The position numbers and the translations under genes are program-made. This document shows, one piece after another, positions 27,927 through 38,628 of a stretch of 64,000 nucleotides of DNA (positions within the stretch are counted from its first letter, which is position 1; each line of letters opens with the position of its first letter). This DNA comes from an uncultured Gammaproteobacteria bacterium (GTDB lineage Bacteria; Patescibacteriota; Microgenomatia; Levybacterales; UBA12049): NCBI GenBank assembly GCA_964610465.1, contig CAZSWA010000004.1:8365-72364 (forward strand), written 5' to 3'. Under the pieces are notes generated by a model. The model made no database searches. It was not told the DNA's origin and saw only the letters and a list, made by a program, of their open reading frames with translations.

Positions 27927-29870
27927 ATGCCAAAAGATGAAAAGCAAAAGCCAAGTCTGACTTGGCAAAAGCCGAGTTTGACTCGGAAAAAGTATTTTAT
28001 CATCGATTTTGACAGCACATTTGTCAAACATGAAGGATTGGAAGAACTTGCAGCACTTGCCCTTAAAAATAATCCTGATAAAGAAAAAATTCTCTCAGAA
28101 ATCAAATATTTAACTACCCTTGGCATGGAAGGAAAAATCCCATTTGATGAGAGTCTTAGAAAAAGAATTCAAACTCTTCATGCCAACAAAAACCACATTG
28201 AGAAACTGATAAAACTTCTTAAACGAAAAATCTCTGTATCTATCCAAAGAAACAAACGTTTTTTTAAAGAATATAAAGATACTATATATATACTCTCTGG
28301 AGGATTTAAGGAATTTATCTCACCTGTTGTGACTTCTTTTGGCATTGACGAATCACATATTTTTGCCAATACATTTGTTTTTGATAAAAAAGGTAACGTT
28401 CTTGGATTTGATACAAAAAATCTTTTATCACAAGAAAATGGGAAAGCCAAACTTCTCAAATCACTTAAACTCAATGGAGAAGTCGTTGTAATAGGAGATG
28501 GATATACTGATTATGAGCTTAAAAAATCAGGACTTGCTAAAAAATTTGTTGCTTTTACTGAAAATGTAAAAAGGGATGTGGTAGTAAAAAATGCAGATAT
28601 CATTGCTCCGACATTTGATGAATTCCTTTTTGTCAATAAATTACCAATGTCTTTATCGTATCCGAAAAATAGAATAAAAGTTCTCCTTCTTGAAAATATT
28701 GACAATAGTGCAGTAACACTTTTTGAAAAAGAAAGATATGCTATAGAATATTTTGAAAAAAGTATGTCTGAGAGCGAACTAATACAAAAACTAAATGATA
28801 TTCATATTCTTTGTATCCGTTCCCGAACTAATCTTACAAAAAATGTTTTAAATGCAGCGAGTAAACTTATGACAATAGGTGCATATTGTATTGGTACCAA
28901 TCAAATAGATTTATCTGCTGCATCAGAAAAGGGTATTGCAGTATTCAATGCGCCGTATAGTAATACAAGAAGTGTGGTAGAACTGGCACTCGGAGAAATA
29001 ATTATGCTGATGCGTAACACATTTGATAAAAGTACAAAACTGCATCAAGGTATTTGGGATAAATCAGCAAAGAATTCACATGAAGTAAGAGGAAAAACGC
29101 TTGGTATAATAGGATATGGGAATATAGGTTCACAACTTTCCATTCTTGCAGAAGCGCTTGGAATGAAAATATTTTTTTATGATACTGTTGAAAAACTTGC
29201 ACTTGGAAACGCACAAAAATGTACTACTCTTCAGGAACTTCTTAAAAAATCAGATATTGTGACAATTCACGTCGATGATAATCTCCAAAACCGGAATTTA
29301 ATAGGTGAGAAAGAATTCAAGATGATGAGAGATGGAGTGATATTTCTTAACTTAAGCCGCGGATTTGTTGTAGATATGCAAGCTTTGGTCAAATATGTGA
29401 AATCAGGAAAAATCAAAGGATGCGGAGTAGATGTATTTCCCAAAGAACCAAAATCAAAAGACGAACCATTTGTGTCAGAATTACAACGTCTCCCAAACGT
29501 TATTCTTACTCCACACGTTGGAGGGAGTACTGAAGAAGCGCAAAGAAATATTGCAGAATTTGTATCAATGAAAATTATTGATTATATTAATAGTGGAAAC
29601 ACCTATTTATGTGTAAATATGCCCAATTTGCAGTTACCTGTATTTATCAATAGTCATCGTCTGCTTCATATTCATAAAAATGTACCAGGTATGCTGGCGC
29701 AAATTACTAGTACATTATCAGAAAACAATATTAATATCACAGGACAATATCTCAAAACCAGTGACTCAATTGGATATGTAATAACTGACATCAATCAAAA
29801 ATACGATAAAAAAGTTCTCAATGTACTTAAGAAAATTCCCAATACTATCAGATTCCGTGTGCTATACTAA
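27927..29870 (+). CDS. serB-serA: Fused phosphoserine phosphatase (HAD, SerB) + D-3-phosphoglycerate dehydrogenase (SerA) with C-terminal ACT domain
   Basis: N-terminal 'IIDFDSTF' DxDxT HAD motif; C-terminal half 2-hydroxyacid DH with 'GIIGYGNIGSQ' NAD-binding motif and ACT-like tail. Confidence 0.8.
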   Translation: MPKDEKQKPSLTWQKPSLTRKKYFIIDFDSTFVKHEGLEELAALALKNNPDKEKILSEIKYLTTLGMEGKIPFDESLRKRIQTLHANKNHIEKLIKLLKRKISVSIQRNKRFFKEYKDTIYILSGGFKEFISPVVTSFGIDESHIFANTFVFDKKGNVLGFDTKNLLSQENGKAKLLKSLKLNGEVVVIGDGYTDYELKKSGLAKKFVAFTENVKRDVVVKNADIIAPTFDEFLFVNKLPMSLSYPKNRIKVLLLENIDNSAVTLFEKERYAIEYFEKSMSESELIQKLNDIHILCIRSRTNLTKNVLNAASKLMTIGAYCIGTNQIDLSAASEKGIAVFNAPYSNTRSVVELALGEIIMLMRNTFDKSTKLHQGIWDKSAKNSHEVRGKTLGIIGYGNIGSQLSILAEALGMKIFFYDTVEKLALGNAQKCTTLQELLKKSDIVTIHVDDNLQNRNLIGEKEFKMMRDGVIFLNLSRGFVVDMQALVKYVKSGKIKGCGVDVFPKEPKSKDEPFVSELQRLPNVILTPHVGGSTEEAQRNIAEFVSMKIIDYINSGNTYLCVNMPNLQLPVFINSHRLLHIHKNVPGMLAQITSTLSENNINITGQYLKTSDSIGYVITDINQKYDKKVLNVLKKIPNTIRFRVLY

Positions 29871-29950
29871 ATTGGTTATTGGTTTGCAGTTCTCAATTCA
29901 GAGTTAAAAAAACCAACTAACAGTGAATAATGAACTGTGAATTTTAGAAT

Positions 29951-31036
29951 ATGAATAGAATATTTTTTACTGTAGGGCCATCACAAATTTATCCAACTGT
30001 CGAAAAACATTTTGATGAGGCATTTGAAAAAGATGTTCCATCAATTTCACATAGAGGAAAAGAATTTAAAGAGTATTACAAAAATACATCAGATAATTTG
30101 AGAACGCTGCTTAACATTCCGAATACTCATCATATTTTCTTTACAGGGTCTTCAGTTGAAAGTATGGAACGGATATTAGAAAATACCGTAGAAACACATT
30201 CATTTCATCTGATTACAGGCGCTTTTTCAAAAAAATTTTATCAGTTTGCGGAACAATTGGGTAAAAAACCTTCTCAATATGAACTTCCAACGGGTGAGAA
30301 GATAGATTTCTCAAAAATTCCAATGCCGAAGGAAGCCGAAATTATTTGCATTACCCAAAATGATACAAGTAACGGCATCGCACTTCCCATGAAAGATATT
30401 TACGCGCTAAAAAAACAGCATAAGGATAAACTTATTGCAATGGATGTAGTTTCATCTGTTCCATATGTCGAAATAGACTTCTCCCAGATTGATATGGCAT
30501 TTTTTTCTGTTCAAAAAGGATTTGGTATTCCTGCCGGACTTGGACTCCTCATAGTAAATGATAAAGCTCTTGCCAAAACCCAAGCCCTGCTTGATAAAGG
30601 TATGTCTGTTGGTTGCTTTCGGAATTTTGTTGAACTTTTGCAAAAAGAAAAAAATTATCAAACACATGAAACGCCAAATGTACTTTTGATATATGTATTA
30701 GGAAAAGTGTGTGAAGATATGCGAAAAAAAGGAATCATAACAATACGAGAAGAAACGGAAGAGAAGGCAGCGTTATTGTATTCTTTTTTTGAAAAAAGCA
30801 AAGTTTATGAACCTCTCCTCAGCAATCCGGATTACCGTTCAAATACGACAATAGTGATTAATACAAAAGGAGAGACAAAAAAACTATTGGAGTTTCTATC
30901 AGCAAAGGGATTTATTGTAGGAAGCGGGTATGGAGAGAATAAAGAAAATCATATACGTATTGCAAATTTCCCGGCTCACACTCTGGAACATACCAAAAAG
31001 CTTCTTTCTCTTATAAAAGAATACAACTATCACTAA
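29951..31036 (+). CDS. serC: Phosphoserine aminotransferase (class V aminotransferase)
   Basis: 'FFSVQKGFGIPAGLGLLIV' resembles SerC PLP-Lys region (QKN..GPAGL); adjacent to serB-serA. Confidence 0.65.
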   Translation: MNRIFFTVGPSQIYPTVEKHFDEAFEKDVPSISHRGKEFKEYYKNTSDNLRTLLNIPNTHHIFFTGSSVESMERILENTVETHSFHLITGAFSKKFYQFAEQLGKKPSQYELPTGEKIDFSKIPMPKEAEIICITQNDTSNGIALPMKDIYALKKQHKDKLIAMDVVSSVPYVEIDFSQIDMAFFSVQKGFGIPAGLGLLIVNDKALAKTQALLDKGMSVGCFRNFVELLQKEKNYQTHETPNVLLIYVLGKVCEDMRKKGIITIREETEEKAALLYSFFEKSKVYEPLLSNPDYRSNTTIVINTKGETKKLLEFLSAKGFIVGSGYGENKENHIRIANFPAHTLEHTKKLLSLIKEYNYH

Positions 31037-31106
31037 GCTTCTTATAGTATTCTTACACATCCTTTGTTTTTTTCTTATTGCATACAGGTAAGCTATTGGA
31101 GAAGTA

Positions 31107-31364
31107 ATGAACATATTGAGTTGGTTTTTATTTGCAATTATTAATGCTGCGATATTATTTTCACTTGATCCAAATCCTGAAAGAGGTGGAAGATGGGAAG
31201 GAATTATTTTAGGAATTACAGGTGCATTCAATGCAAGCATCTTTTCTTATATTTTAGTGAAAGGGATCACATTGGAGTTGAGTGTTACCTTTTATGTAAT
31301 CCTTTTTATGGAAGCATGTATGCTGGCAAGTATGTTTTTTGGCAAAGCATTCAGGAAAATATAA
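31107..31364 (+). CDS. Small 3-TM membrane protein, hypothetical
   Basis: Hydrophobic helices; ORF only. Confidence 0.35.
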   Translation: MNILSWFLFAIINAAILFSLDPNPERGGRWEGIILGITGAFNASIFSYILVKGITLELSVTFYVILFMEACMLASMFFGKAFRKI

Positions 31365-31455
31365 CATAAATGCTCTATTGGGATTCTTACCTAATTGGTA
31401 AGTAAATATTATATACACTGATTAGCATTGTAGTACATTCTTTAAGAAATTATAT

Positions 31456-31722
31456 ATGAAATTTGTAGTTTATAACCAGGAAAAGAAGTTCACCATAGGA
31501 AATGTGGTAGTACCAGAAAACCAGGAATTGAATGAAATTATGAAAAAAGTAATGAATGAAAAAGAGCGCTCAAGAAATGACGATACGCAGTTATGTAATT
31601 TCAGAATAACTTCAACTAGAGGATATCTATTTGATGCAGATGAATACCACGAATCGATGAATGATGAAATAGAAAAAGAAATTGAAGAAGGTATAAGCTG
31701 GGAACAGGAGACAGTAAATTGA
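31456..31722 (+). CDS. Hypothetical acidic protein (88 aa)
   Basis: ORF only. Confidence 0.3.
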   Translation: MKFVVYNQEKKFTIGNVVVPENQELNEIMKKVMNEKERSRNDDTQLCNFRITSTRGYLFDADEYHESMNDEIEKEIEEGISWEQETVN

Positions 31723-31964
31723 AGCTCCTAAAAACTCTTGTATTGTAATTACCAAAAAATCTGTTTATAATGGGTTTATGGTAGTCCCATTCCTCATGGG
31801 GTTAGTGTTTATATTTGGATACCATTACCTTATAAACAGATAACTCTCTTGCCCAAAGTATACGGATACCAATTATAAAGCAGCAATTGTTGTGAGATTT
31901 TTGTCTATTTTTTTATTTTCCTCCACTTTTTAATTTCTGAAGCTTGTAATTCTTTAAACAATTG

Positions 31965-32336
31965 TTATTTTGTAAGTCTATGCAGTACTGAATTGATAAT
32001 TGAGAGAACTAGACTAAAAAGAATTGCCCACCAAAAACTATCTACAGAAAATCCATGTACAAGTTTTGCAGCCAAAAGAATAAGAGCTGCGTTGATAACT
32101 AATGTAAATAATCCCAAAGTAAGTATAGTAATCGGAAGAGTCAAAAGAAACAGAATTGGCTTAAGAATCGCGTTAATAATACCCAAAACCAAAGCAGCCA
32201 AAAGTGCAGTCTGGAAATTTGCCACATGAACACCTGGCAGTAGATACGCACTTATCAATATCGCAATTGTATAGATTAACCAATTAATAATAATCCTCAT
32301 TATTTTTATCATAATGATCTTAAAACCAAATGGCAA
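31965..32336 (-). CDS. 4-TM membrane protein, DUF360 / phage-holin-family-4-like
   Basis: Architecture and 'GLFTLVINAALILLAAKLVHGFSVDSFWWAILFSLVLSIIN' segment typical of YvlD/DUF360 proteins. Confidence 0.5.
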   Translation of the reverse strand: MPFGFKIIMIKIMRIIINWLIYTIAILISAYLLPGVHVANFQTALLAALVLGIINAILKPILFLLTLPITILTLGLFTLVINAALILLAAKLVHGFSVDSFWWAILFSLVLSIINSVLHRLTK

Positions 32337-32368
32337 GGGGAAAGTATAAAGCTTCGCAATGACGCTAT

Positions 32369-33007
32369 TTATTGGCTATTCGCTGCTTTTATGAACTGTA
32401 TTACTTCTTCATCAGTTACTTGAGGAAAATGCTCATACCATTTCGCAACAGCAACAAAACGTTGAGGTTCTGCAATACATATCATTTCATTGACAAAGTG
32501 TCGTAATATTTTTGCTGTTTCTTTTGCACAGACTGGTGCTGCCAGAATTATTTTCTTGGGCTTTTTCTCTCTTACAGAGTATACCGCTGCTATAATGCTA
32601 CTTCCAGTTGCTATACCATCATCTACTATAATCGCAGTTTTATTTTTTAGATTTACTTTACGAAAGTCAGTGTGATATATAGTTTGTCGATGAAGTATTT
32701 CTTTTTCTTCCTGAGCAATTATCTCATTTAATTTTTCATCTGGTAACCCAAGATAATCAATAGTATACGCATCAAGATAAATACTTCTCTTCTCAGCAAT
32801 TGCACCAATGCCATATTCTTTATTAAAAGGAGCACCCAATTTCCGCACAATAAGCAACCTCATCGGTAACTTCAGAATTTTCGCGACAGCATATGCGACC
32901 GGAACTCCACCACGAGGTAAGCCAATTACTACTGCATTTGTTTGTATGTAATTTTGTAGAGCATTCGCAAGTTGTTTTCCTGCATCTTTTCTGTCTTTAA
33001 ATTTCAT
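32369..33007 (-). CDS. Phosphoribosyltransferase-domain protein (type I PRTase fold)
   Basis: 'AIIVDDGIATGSS' PRPP-binding motif. Confidence 0.6.
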   Translation of the reverse strand: MKFKDRKDAGKQLANALQNYIQTNAVVIGLPRGGVPVAYAVAKILKLPMRLLIVRKLGAPFNKEYGIGAIAEKRSIYLDAYTIDYLGLPDEKLNEIIAQEEKEILHRQTIYHTDFRKVNLKNKTAIIVDDGIATGSSIIAAVYSVREKKPKKIILAAPVCAKETAKILRHFVNEMICIAEPQRFVAVAKWYEHFPQVTDEEVIQFIKAANSQ

Positions 33008-33049
33008 ACTCCTTCAACTATTATACTAAGTAGGAAAAGAAAAGAATTT

Positions 33050-33274
33050 ATGAATAAAAGGAATAACAGCAATACAAATAAATTACTTTTGACATTGACA
33101 ATAGCTTACCAAATTGGATTTCTCGTTGTTGGACCAATTGTGGTATGTCTTCTCATAGGTCTATGGCTTGATAGTGTATTTCATACTTCACCATTTTTAT
33201 TAATTCTAGGAGCAGTAATTGGATTTAGCGGGGGAATGTATTCAGCATATAAAATGACGAAATTATTACAATAA
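33050..33274 (+). CDS. AtpZ/AtpI-like small membrane protein (2 TM); internal ATG used because ORF-track start overlaps PRTase gene
   Basis: 'MNKRNN...LLLTLTIAYQIGFLVVGPIVVCLLIGLWLD' pattern. Confidence 0.4.
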   Translation: MNKRNNSNTNKLLLTLTIAYQIGFLVVGPIVVCLLIGLWLDSVFHTSPFLLILGAVIGFSGGMYSAYKMTKLLQ

Positions 33275-33296
33275 TCTACCGTGCTATAATTAGCAT

Positions 33297-33728
33297 ATGA
33301 TAAAAACCGCTGTTCTTAAAAAATATCTTCCTTATATTGCCTGGGTACAGGCACTTGTGGCAATGAGTTTAAGTCTTTTCTTTAGCGAAATTCTTCACTT
33401 GCCTCCATGTATTCTTTGCTGGTATCAAAGAATTTGTATGTATCCGCTTGTCGCAATACTTGCTGTTGGGATTCTTAGAAAAGATAAAAACGTGCCATTT
33501 TACGTCTTACCGCTTAGTATTATTGGTCTTCTTATCGCTATATATCATAATCTTTTGTATTATCATATTCTTCCTGAAAGCGTTGCGCCTTGTACACAAG
33601 GAGTCTCTTGTACTACAAAACTGATTGAGATTTTTGGTTTTATTACAATTCCACTTCTTTCTCTTATTGCCTTTGCAATGATTACAATTTGTATGATATT
33701 ATACGTAAGAATCAATAAGTCAAAATGA
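33297..33728 (+). CDS. dsbB: Disulfide bond formation protein B (BdbC/DsbB family)
   Basis: 4 TM; Cys pair 'CILC' in first loop and second Cys pair 'CTQGVSC'; translationally coupled (ATGA) to DsbA-like gene. Confidence 0.65.
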   Translation: MIKTAVLKKYLPYIAWVQALVAMSLSLFFSEILHLPPCILCWYQRICMYPLVAILAVGILRKDKNVPFYVLPLSIIGLLIAIYHNLLYYHILPESVAPCTQGVSCTTKLIEIFGFITIPLLSLIAFAMITICMILYVRINKSK

Positions 33729-34390
33729 GTCAGGAAGCAAAAATATTATCAGTTGTCGGTGTAATAACTTTGGTAATTATTGTAGGCGCTGCAATATTCC
33801 TGAATGGCGGTCAACAGCAACAAAATCAACAAACTACTACTATCAGTAAAGCTGATCAAAAATTGCTTGTCAAAAGTGATAGTCATCAAACTCAAAAACC
33901 AAACGCAAAAGTAGTACTCGTTGAGTTTGGAGATTATGAATGTCCGGCATGTGGTAGCGCGTATCCGATCGTCAATGAAATTTTAAGTACCTACAAAAAC
34001 AAAATTGATTTTGTTTTTAGAAATTTTCCACTCACAACTGTACATCAAAATGCCATGATAGCAGCAGAAGCTGCAGAAGCAGCAGGCGCTCAAGGAAAGT
34101 ATTGGGAAATGCACAATAAGCTGTATGAAAATCAACAGGAGTGGGGAGAAAGCACAAATCCAATGGATTTCTTTACTAATTATGCCAAAGAGTTGCATCT
34201 CAATGTCGATCAACTTGTAAATGATGTACAAAACAAAAAATATGAAAAACAAATTATGGCTGATGAGAATGATGGCAATGCGTTAGGTATCAATGCAACA
34301 CCTACATTTTTCCTTAACAATCAAGAATTAGTTGGAGTTCCAACTTACAATGATTTGAAAAATAAAATAGATGCGCTTCTTAAAAAATAA
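33725..34390 (+). CDS. dsbA: Thiol:disulfide oxidoreductase, DsbA/BdbD family (thioredoxin fold, CPAC)
   Basis: N-terminal TM anchor; 'YECPACG' active site. Confidence 0.75.
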   Translation: MSQEAKILSVVGVITLVIIVGAAIFLNGGQQQQNQQTTTISKADQKLLVKSDSHQTQKPNAKVVLVEFGDYECPACGSAYPIVNEILSTYKNKIDFVFRNFPLTTVHQNAMIAAEAAEAAGAQGKYWEMHNKLYENQQEWGESTNPMDFFTNYAKELHLNVDQLVNDVQNKKYEKQIMADENDGNALGINATPTFFLNNQELVGVPTYNDLKNKIDALLKK

Positions 34391-34426
34391 AAAAACAGTG
34401 AATTATAAACTGTGAACTAATTTGTC

Positions 34427-34882
34427 CTATTTACTCTTTTTCACGAGTCTTGAGGTATTAATAATTTCCAGCACCTGTCCGTCTCTTGTCTCTATTTGAT
34501 TCACGCCCGTCATACGCTGGTATTCTTGCAGATAATCAGACAATGATGCTTCTCTTTCTTTCATATCAAGTCGAAGACTTTTTATCTTGTCAGCAAGCTG
34601 TGCAACTGATGGTTGCTTGGAAATCTGTTGTCTTACTGATGATTTGGCTTTGTTAGCTTCTTTTACTTTTTCTGTGTGCTCCCGATAAGTTGGATTGTTA
34701 TTAAAGGTATCTTCAAACATTTCACGAAGTTTTTTAAGTTCTCCGTTTAATTTATCAAGACTGTCAAAATTGTTTTTGATCATTTCTTCAAGATTGAGAA
34801 GAACAGTTGCTTGATTGGTATCAGAAAGGCTGGCTGAATCTACTTCTTCACCGTCAATAATGTCATTTTGGCCATCATCCAT
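34427..34882 (-). CDS. Hypothetical acidic coiled-coil protein
   Basis: ORF only. Confidence 0.35.
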   Translation of the reverse strand: MDDGQNDIIDGEEVDSASLSDTNQATVLLNLEEMIKNNFDSLDKLNGELKKLREMFEDTFNNNPTYREHTEKVKEANKAKSSVRQQISKQPSVAQLADKIKSLRLDMKEREASLSDYLQEYQRMTGVNQIETRDGQVLEIINTSRLVKKSK

Positions 34883-34964
34883 AGGTTACTCTACTATACA
34901 AAAAAACGGCGACTAAAATCAAGAGGGAATTAAAAAATATATAAATTCGTGTATAATTACTCCT

Positions 34965-35600
34965 ATGTCAGAAGAAGAAAAGAAACAGAAAGTAAGAGAA
35001 ATTCTAAAAAGACTTTACAAAATTTATCCGCATCCTAAAACTGCTCTCAATCATTCCAATCCTCTGGAATTACTTATTGCAACGATTTTATCAGCACAAA
35101 CGACTGACAAACTGGTAAATACACTCACTCCTGCGCTTTTTGAGAAATATCATACAGCCAAAGACTATGCAGATGCACCCCTTCCAGACCTCGAGAAGTA
35201 TATCAACAAAGTAAACTTTTATAAAAATAAAGCAAAATCCATAAAAGCAGCTGCAAAAATAATTGATGAAAAATATCACGGCAAAGTTCCAGATACTATG
35301 GAAGAGTTGGACGCATTGCCAGGAGTTGCCAGAAAAACAGCCAATGTTGTTTTGGGAAATGCATATCATAAAGCAGAAGGAATTGTAGTTGATACTCATG
35401 TAAGAAGATTATCAAAAAAATTTGGGTTTACTACTTCAGATGATCCAGTTAAGATAGAACAGGATTTGATGAAAATTGTTCCAAAAGAGAACTGGATAGA
35501 TTTCTCGCATTTACTTATTAAGTTTGGGAGAGAATATTGTCCGGCGCATCCGCATACATGTGATGAGTGTCCCCTTGGAGAACTTTGCCCGGAAAAATAA
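34965..35600 (+). CDS. nth: Endonuclease III (HhH-GPD base-excision glycosylase, 4Fe-4S)
   Basis: HhH 'LPGVARKTANVVLG', catalytic Lys/Asp region, C-x6-C-x2-C-x5-C cluster 'CPAHPHTCDECPLGELC'. Confidence 0.9.
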   Translation: MSEEEKKQKVREILKRLYKIYPHPKTALNHSNPLELLIATILSAQTTDKLVNTLTPALFEKYHTAKDYADAPLPDLEKYINKVNFYKNKAKSIKAAAKIIDEKYHGKVPDTMEELDALPGVARKTANVVLGNAYHKAEGIVVDTHVRRLSKKFGFTTSDDPVKIEQDLMKIVPKENWIDFSHLLIKFGREYCPAHPHTCDECPLGELCPEK

Positions 35601-35602
35601 TT

Positions 35603-37417
35603 TTACGCGCGGCCTTGTGCTTTAAGTCTTCTTGCTTCAACTTCATCCAAAATCATTTTTCTAATTCGTATATTTTTGGGCGTTACTTCAACTAGCTCGT
35701 CATCACTTATATATTCTAACGCATCTTCCAGGCTCATAACTCTTGGTGTATTAAAATGTTCCATAGTCCCTTCACCTTTTGAACGCATATTGGACAGTTT
35801 TTTAGTTTTGCAGACATTAATGAAAAGATCATCACTTCTTGCATGTTGTCCAACTACCTGCCCTTTATATACATTTACTGCAGGCCCGATAAAAAGTTCC
35901 CCTCTGTCTTGAGCATTTACCAAACCATATAAATTGGAAACTCCTGATTCATGAGCAACAAGAGACCCTTGATCACGCTTTAATGGTTCTCCTGAATCTA
36001 TATCATATTTGTAAAATATTGTATTAATAATACCAAGTCCTCTGGTATCTGTCAGAAATTCACTTCTATAGCCAAATAAATCTTTGGTTGCAATAATAAA
36101 CTCAAAATATGCAAGACTGTTTTCAGTAGACATATCCTGTAATTGTCCATGACGATTCCCCATTTTTTGCATGACAATTCCTGAATAATCCTGAGGCACT
36201 TCAATAAATACTCGTTCAAACGGTGCCATTTTTTTGCCGTCTATTTCTTTTATGATAACTTGAGGTCGTGAAACCTGAAATTCATATCCTTCACGTCTCA
36301 TACGCTCAATAAGTATTGCCAGATGCAATTCTCCGCGTCCTGAAACTAACCATTTTCCATCAGGCGTATCTTCAACCCGTAGAGCCATATCTGTTTCTGT
36401 TTCTTTATGAATCCGCTCATTAATTTGCCGTGAAGTTTTAAATTCGCCTTCCTGACCTGCAAAAGGAGAATCATTTACAGAAAAAGTCATTTTGACGGTT
36501 GGTTCTTCAATCGCGAGGACTGGAAGTGCGATAGGATTTGTACTATCTGCAATAGTTTCTCCAATAGTGATATCAGGAATCCCGGCAATTGCTACAATAT
36601 CTCCTGCTGACGCACTTTCAACTTCTACTCTATCAAGTCCATCAAATGACATAAGAAAGGTAAGCTTATATTTCTTCATCATCCCACTTCTATTAATATG
36701 CATAATATCCTGATTCTGCTTTGCTGTACCGTTATAGATACTTCCTATCGCAATCCTTCCTTTAAAATTATCACGGGATAGGGAAGTAACCAATATTTGC
36801 AGTGGCTTTTGAGGATCACCTTGAGGAGCTTGAATATATTGTTCTATCGCTCCAAACACAGGTGAGATATCCTGCATAGAGGATAAATCAGGAGTAAGGC
36901 CTGCCTTGCCTTCTTTGGCTGATGCATACACAATAGGGAAGTCTGCAGTATTGTCATCTGCTCCAAGTTCTAAAAAAAGATCTAATGTTTTATCTAAGAC
37001 ATAATTAATACGGGCATCCGGTTTGTCTATTTTGTTAACAACTACGATGATACGAAGTTTCTTCTCAAGTGCTTTTCGTAAGACAAATCGTGTTTGGGGC
37101 ATTGGGCCTTCTTTGGCATCAATAAGTAGTAAGCATCCATCGGCCATAGTAAGTACGCGTTCTACCTCTCCGCCGAAATCAGCATGTCCTGGAGTATCAA
37201 TAATATTGATTTTGACATCATTCCATCTGACTGAAGCGTTTTTGGAAAAAATAGTTATCCCACGCTCTCGCTCGAGCTCATTGGAATCCATGATAAGTTC
37301 TGTTCCAACAAGTTCTTTGTTGAGTTTAGTCTTGGATTGACGAAGTAGTGCATCTACGAGCGTAGTTTTCCCATGGTCAACGTGTGCAATAATCGCAACA
37401 TTTCGAATTGGTATCAT
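35603..37417 (-). CDS. typA: Translational GTPase TypA/BipA
   Basis: '[17 protein letters not shown]' G1, DTPGH G3, NKID G4; 604 aa; SD AAGGAG upstream. Confidence 0.95.
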   Translation of the reverse strand: MIPIRNVAIIAHVDHGKTTLVDALLRQSKTKLNKELVGTELIMDSNELERERGITIFSKNASVRWNDVKINIIDTPGHADFGGEVERVLTMADGCLLLIDAKEGPMPQTRFVLRKALEKKLRIIVVVNKIDKPDARINYVLDKTLDLFLELGADDNTADFPIVYASAKEGKAGLTPDLSSMQDISPVFGAIEQYIQAPQGDPQKPLQILVTSLSRDNFKGRIAIGSIYNGTAKQNQDIMHINRSGMMKKYKLTFLMSFDGLDRVEVESASAGDIVAIAGIPDITIGETIADSTNPIALPVLAIEEPTVKMTFSVNDSPFAGQEGEFKTSRQINERIHKETETDMALRVEDTPDGKWLVSGRGELHLAILIERMRREGYEFQVSRPQVIIKEIDGKKMAPFERVFIEVPQDYSGIVMQKMGNRHGQLQDMSTENSLAYFEFIIATKDLFGYRSEFLTDTRGLGIINTIFYKYDIDSGEPLKRDQGSLVAHESGVSNLYGLVNAQDRGELFIGPAVNVYKGQVVGQHARSDDLFINVCKTKKLSNMRSKGEGTMEHFNTPRVMSLEDALEYISDDELVEVTPKNIRIRKMILDEVEARRLKAQGRA

Positions 37418-37530
37418 ATATCTCCTTAAAGGTCACTGTCCTTAACAGCATATCCTATATTAGTATCATACCATTATATAGGAGAAATAACAATGCGAGA
37501 TTTAAAACCCGCTACCTATTCAGATGAAAA

Positions 37531-37569
37531 TCATGAAAAAGGCGGGTTCCTCGGAAGAGGAATCCCGCC
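37531..37569 (-). terminator. Rho-independent terminator on minus strand (12-bp stem GGCGGGTTCCTC / GAGGAATCCCGCC, GGAA loop, then TTTTTCAT)
   Basis: Read directly; lies between typA promoter and left edge of GC-rich island. Confidence 0.55.
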
Positions 37570-37726
37570 AATGGTATATATTGACGCTCAGAGAGCGAAA
37601 CGCACCACACGCAATTCTATAGTTTTTCGCAATCCTTGCGTTTGTTTGCATTCCTTAAATGAATAGGTGGATTATAAATCCAGCGACAAGCATGGAAACA
37701 GGAACACCTATTTCCATGAGTAGGAA

Positions 37727-38062
37727 GTGCATATAGTCTTCCGTGTTGACCTTGTGGTACTGGTAGCAGATTGCACCTCGACCCTAGCGCGTCAGTTTAA
37801 AATCACTGGCGAAATCCACACTACAGAAAAGAGAAGACTAACGCAGGAGTGGGCAGCAGCATTCTTAGCCGCTGGGTTCAATGGAATCCGCTACTTCGTT
37901 CGCAATGACACCTCTCTAACTCTTGTTGGAATAGCCCTCTTTTATACGGCTGGACAAGCATCATGGCCTGTCATTAAGACTGAACCCATTAGCGATGCAC
38001 TTATCGCCAAAGCGGAGCAGGTATTCGGGATCAGGGTTGCGCCTCCCACCAGCATACTCTGA
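37727..38062 (+). pseudogene. RES-domain toxin, 5'-truncated (C-terminal ~100 aa only)
   Basis: 'QEWAAAFLAAGFNGIRYFVRNDTSLTLVGIALFYTA' matches C-terminal region of RES/MbcT-type toxins; begins exactly at island left edge. Confidence 0.5.
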
Positions 38063-38628
38063 CACATGCCTGATGTCGCACAATCTACAATTTGAGACGT
38101 GGAAATACCGTCTTGAGGCTAGGGCTTCTTACGTAACGTATCCTTATAACTGCCAAATCCCCTGCTATGGGATGTATGGCATTTTGGCACTAGGCCGGGG
38201 TTTTATGGGATCTGAAGTGTTGCCTTTAGTATTGACGGTACATCCATTGCCTTACATACGGGAGATATAGATTGGTATGCCGCATTATCTTGGTCTGTGC
38301 GAACGACGGCTGTTGGTCCCGAAAGCATGGGCCTCGTCGCACCACCAACAACATAGGCTCTGACAGTGCCGCCGCGCAATTGATCCTCGAATATTGGCAA
38401 ACTCGGCCAATGGGCCTGCCGTTGAATGTTTTCTGGTCTGAGGTGATAGATGACCTGCCAATAGTACTCACGAGGCGGCTCCGACGGCTTGTTGCCAGTC
38501 ACGTACCAGCCGTAAACTGACAATCGCCGAATGATGTCAGGTGGGTTGGGCAAGATGTAGCTGAACGATGACCGAATCTCAACGTCCCACGTTAGCGCCT
38601 GATCACTGATGCGCAGATCGTACAAGTC

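Noticed and set aside
37492-37665. 57-aa plus-strand ORF (MRDLKPATYSDENHEKGGFLGRGIPP...) with GGAG upstream
   Set aside because: It spans the minus-strand terminator hairpin and the typA promoter region, so it is more plausibly non-coding.
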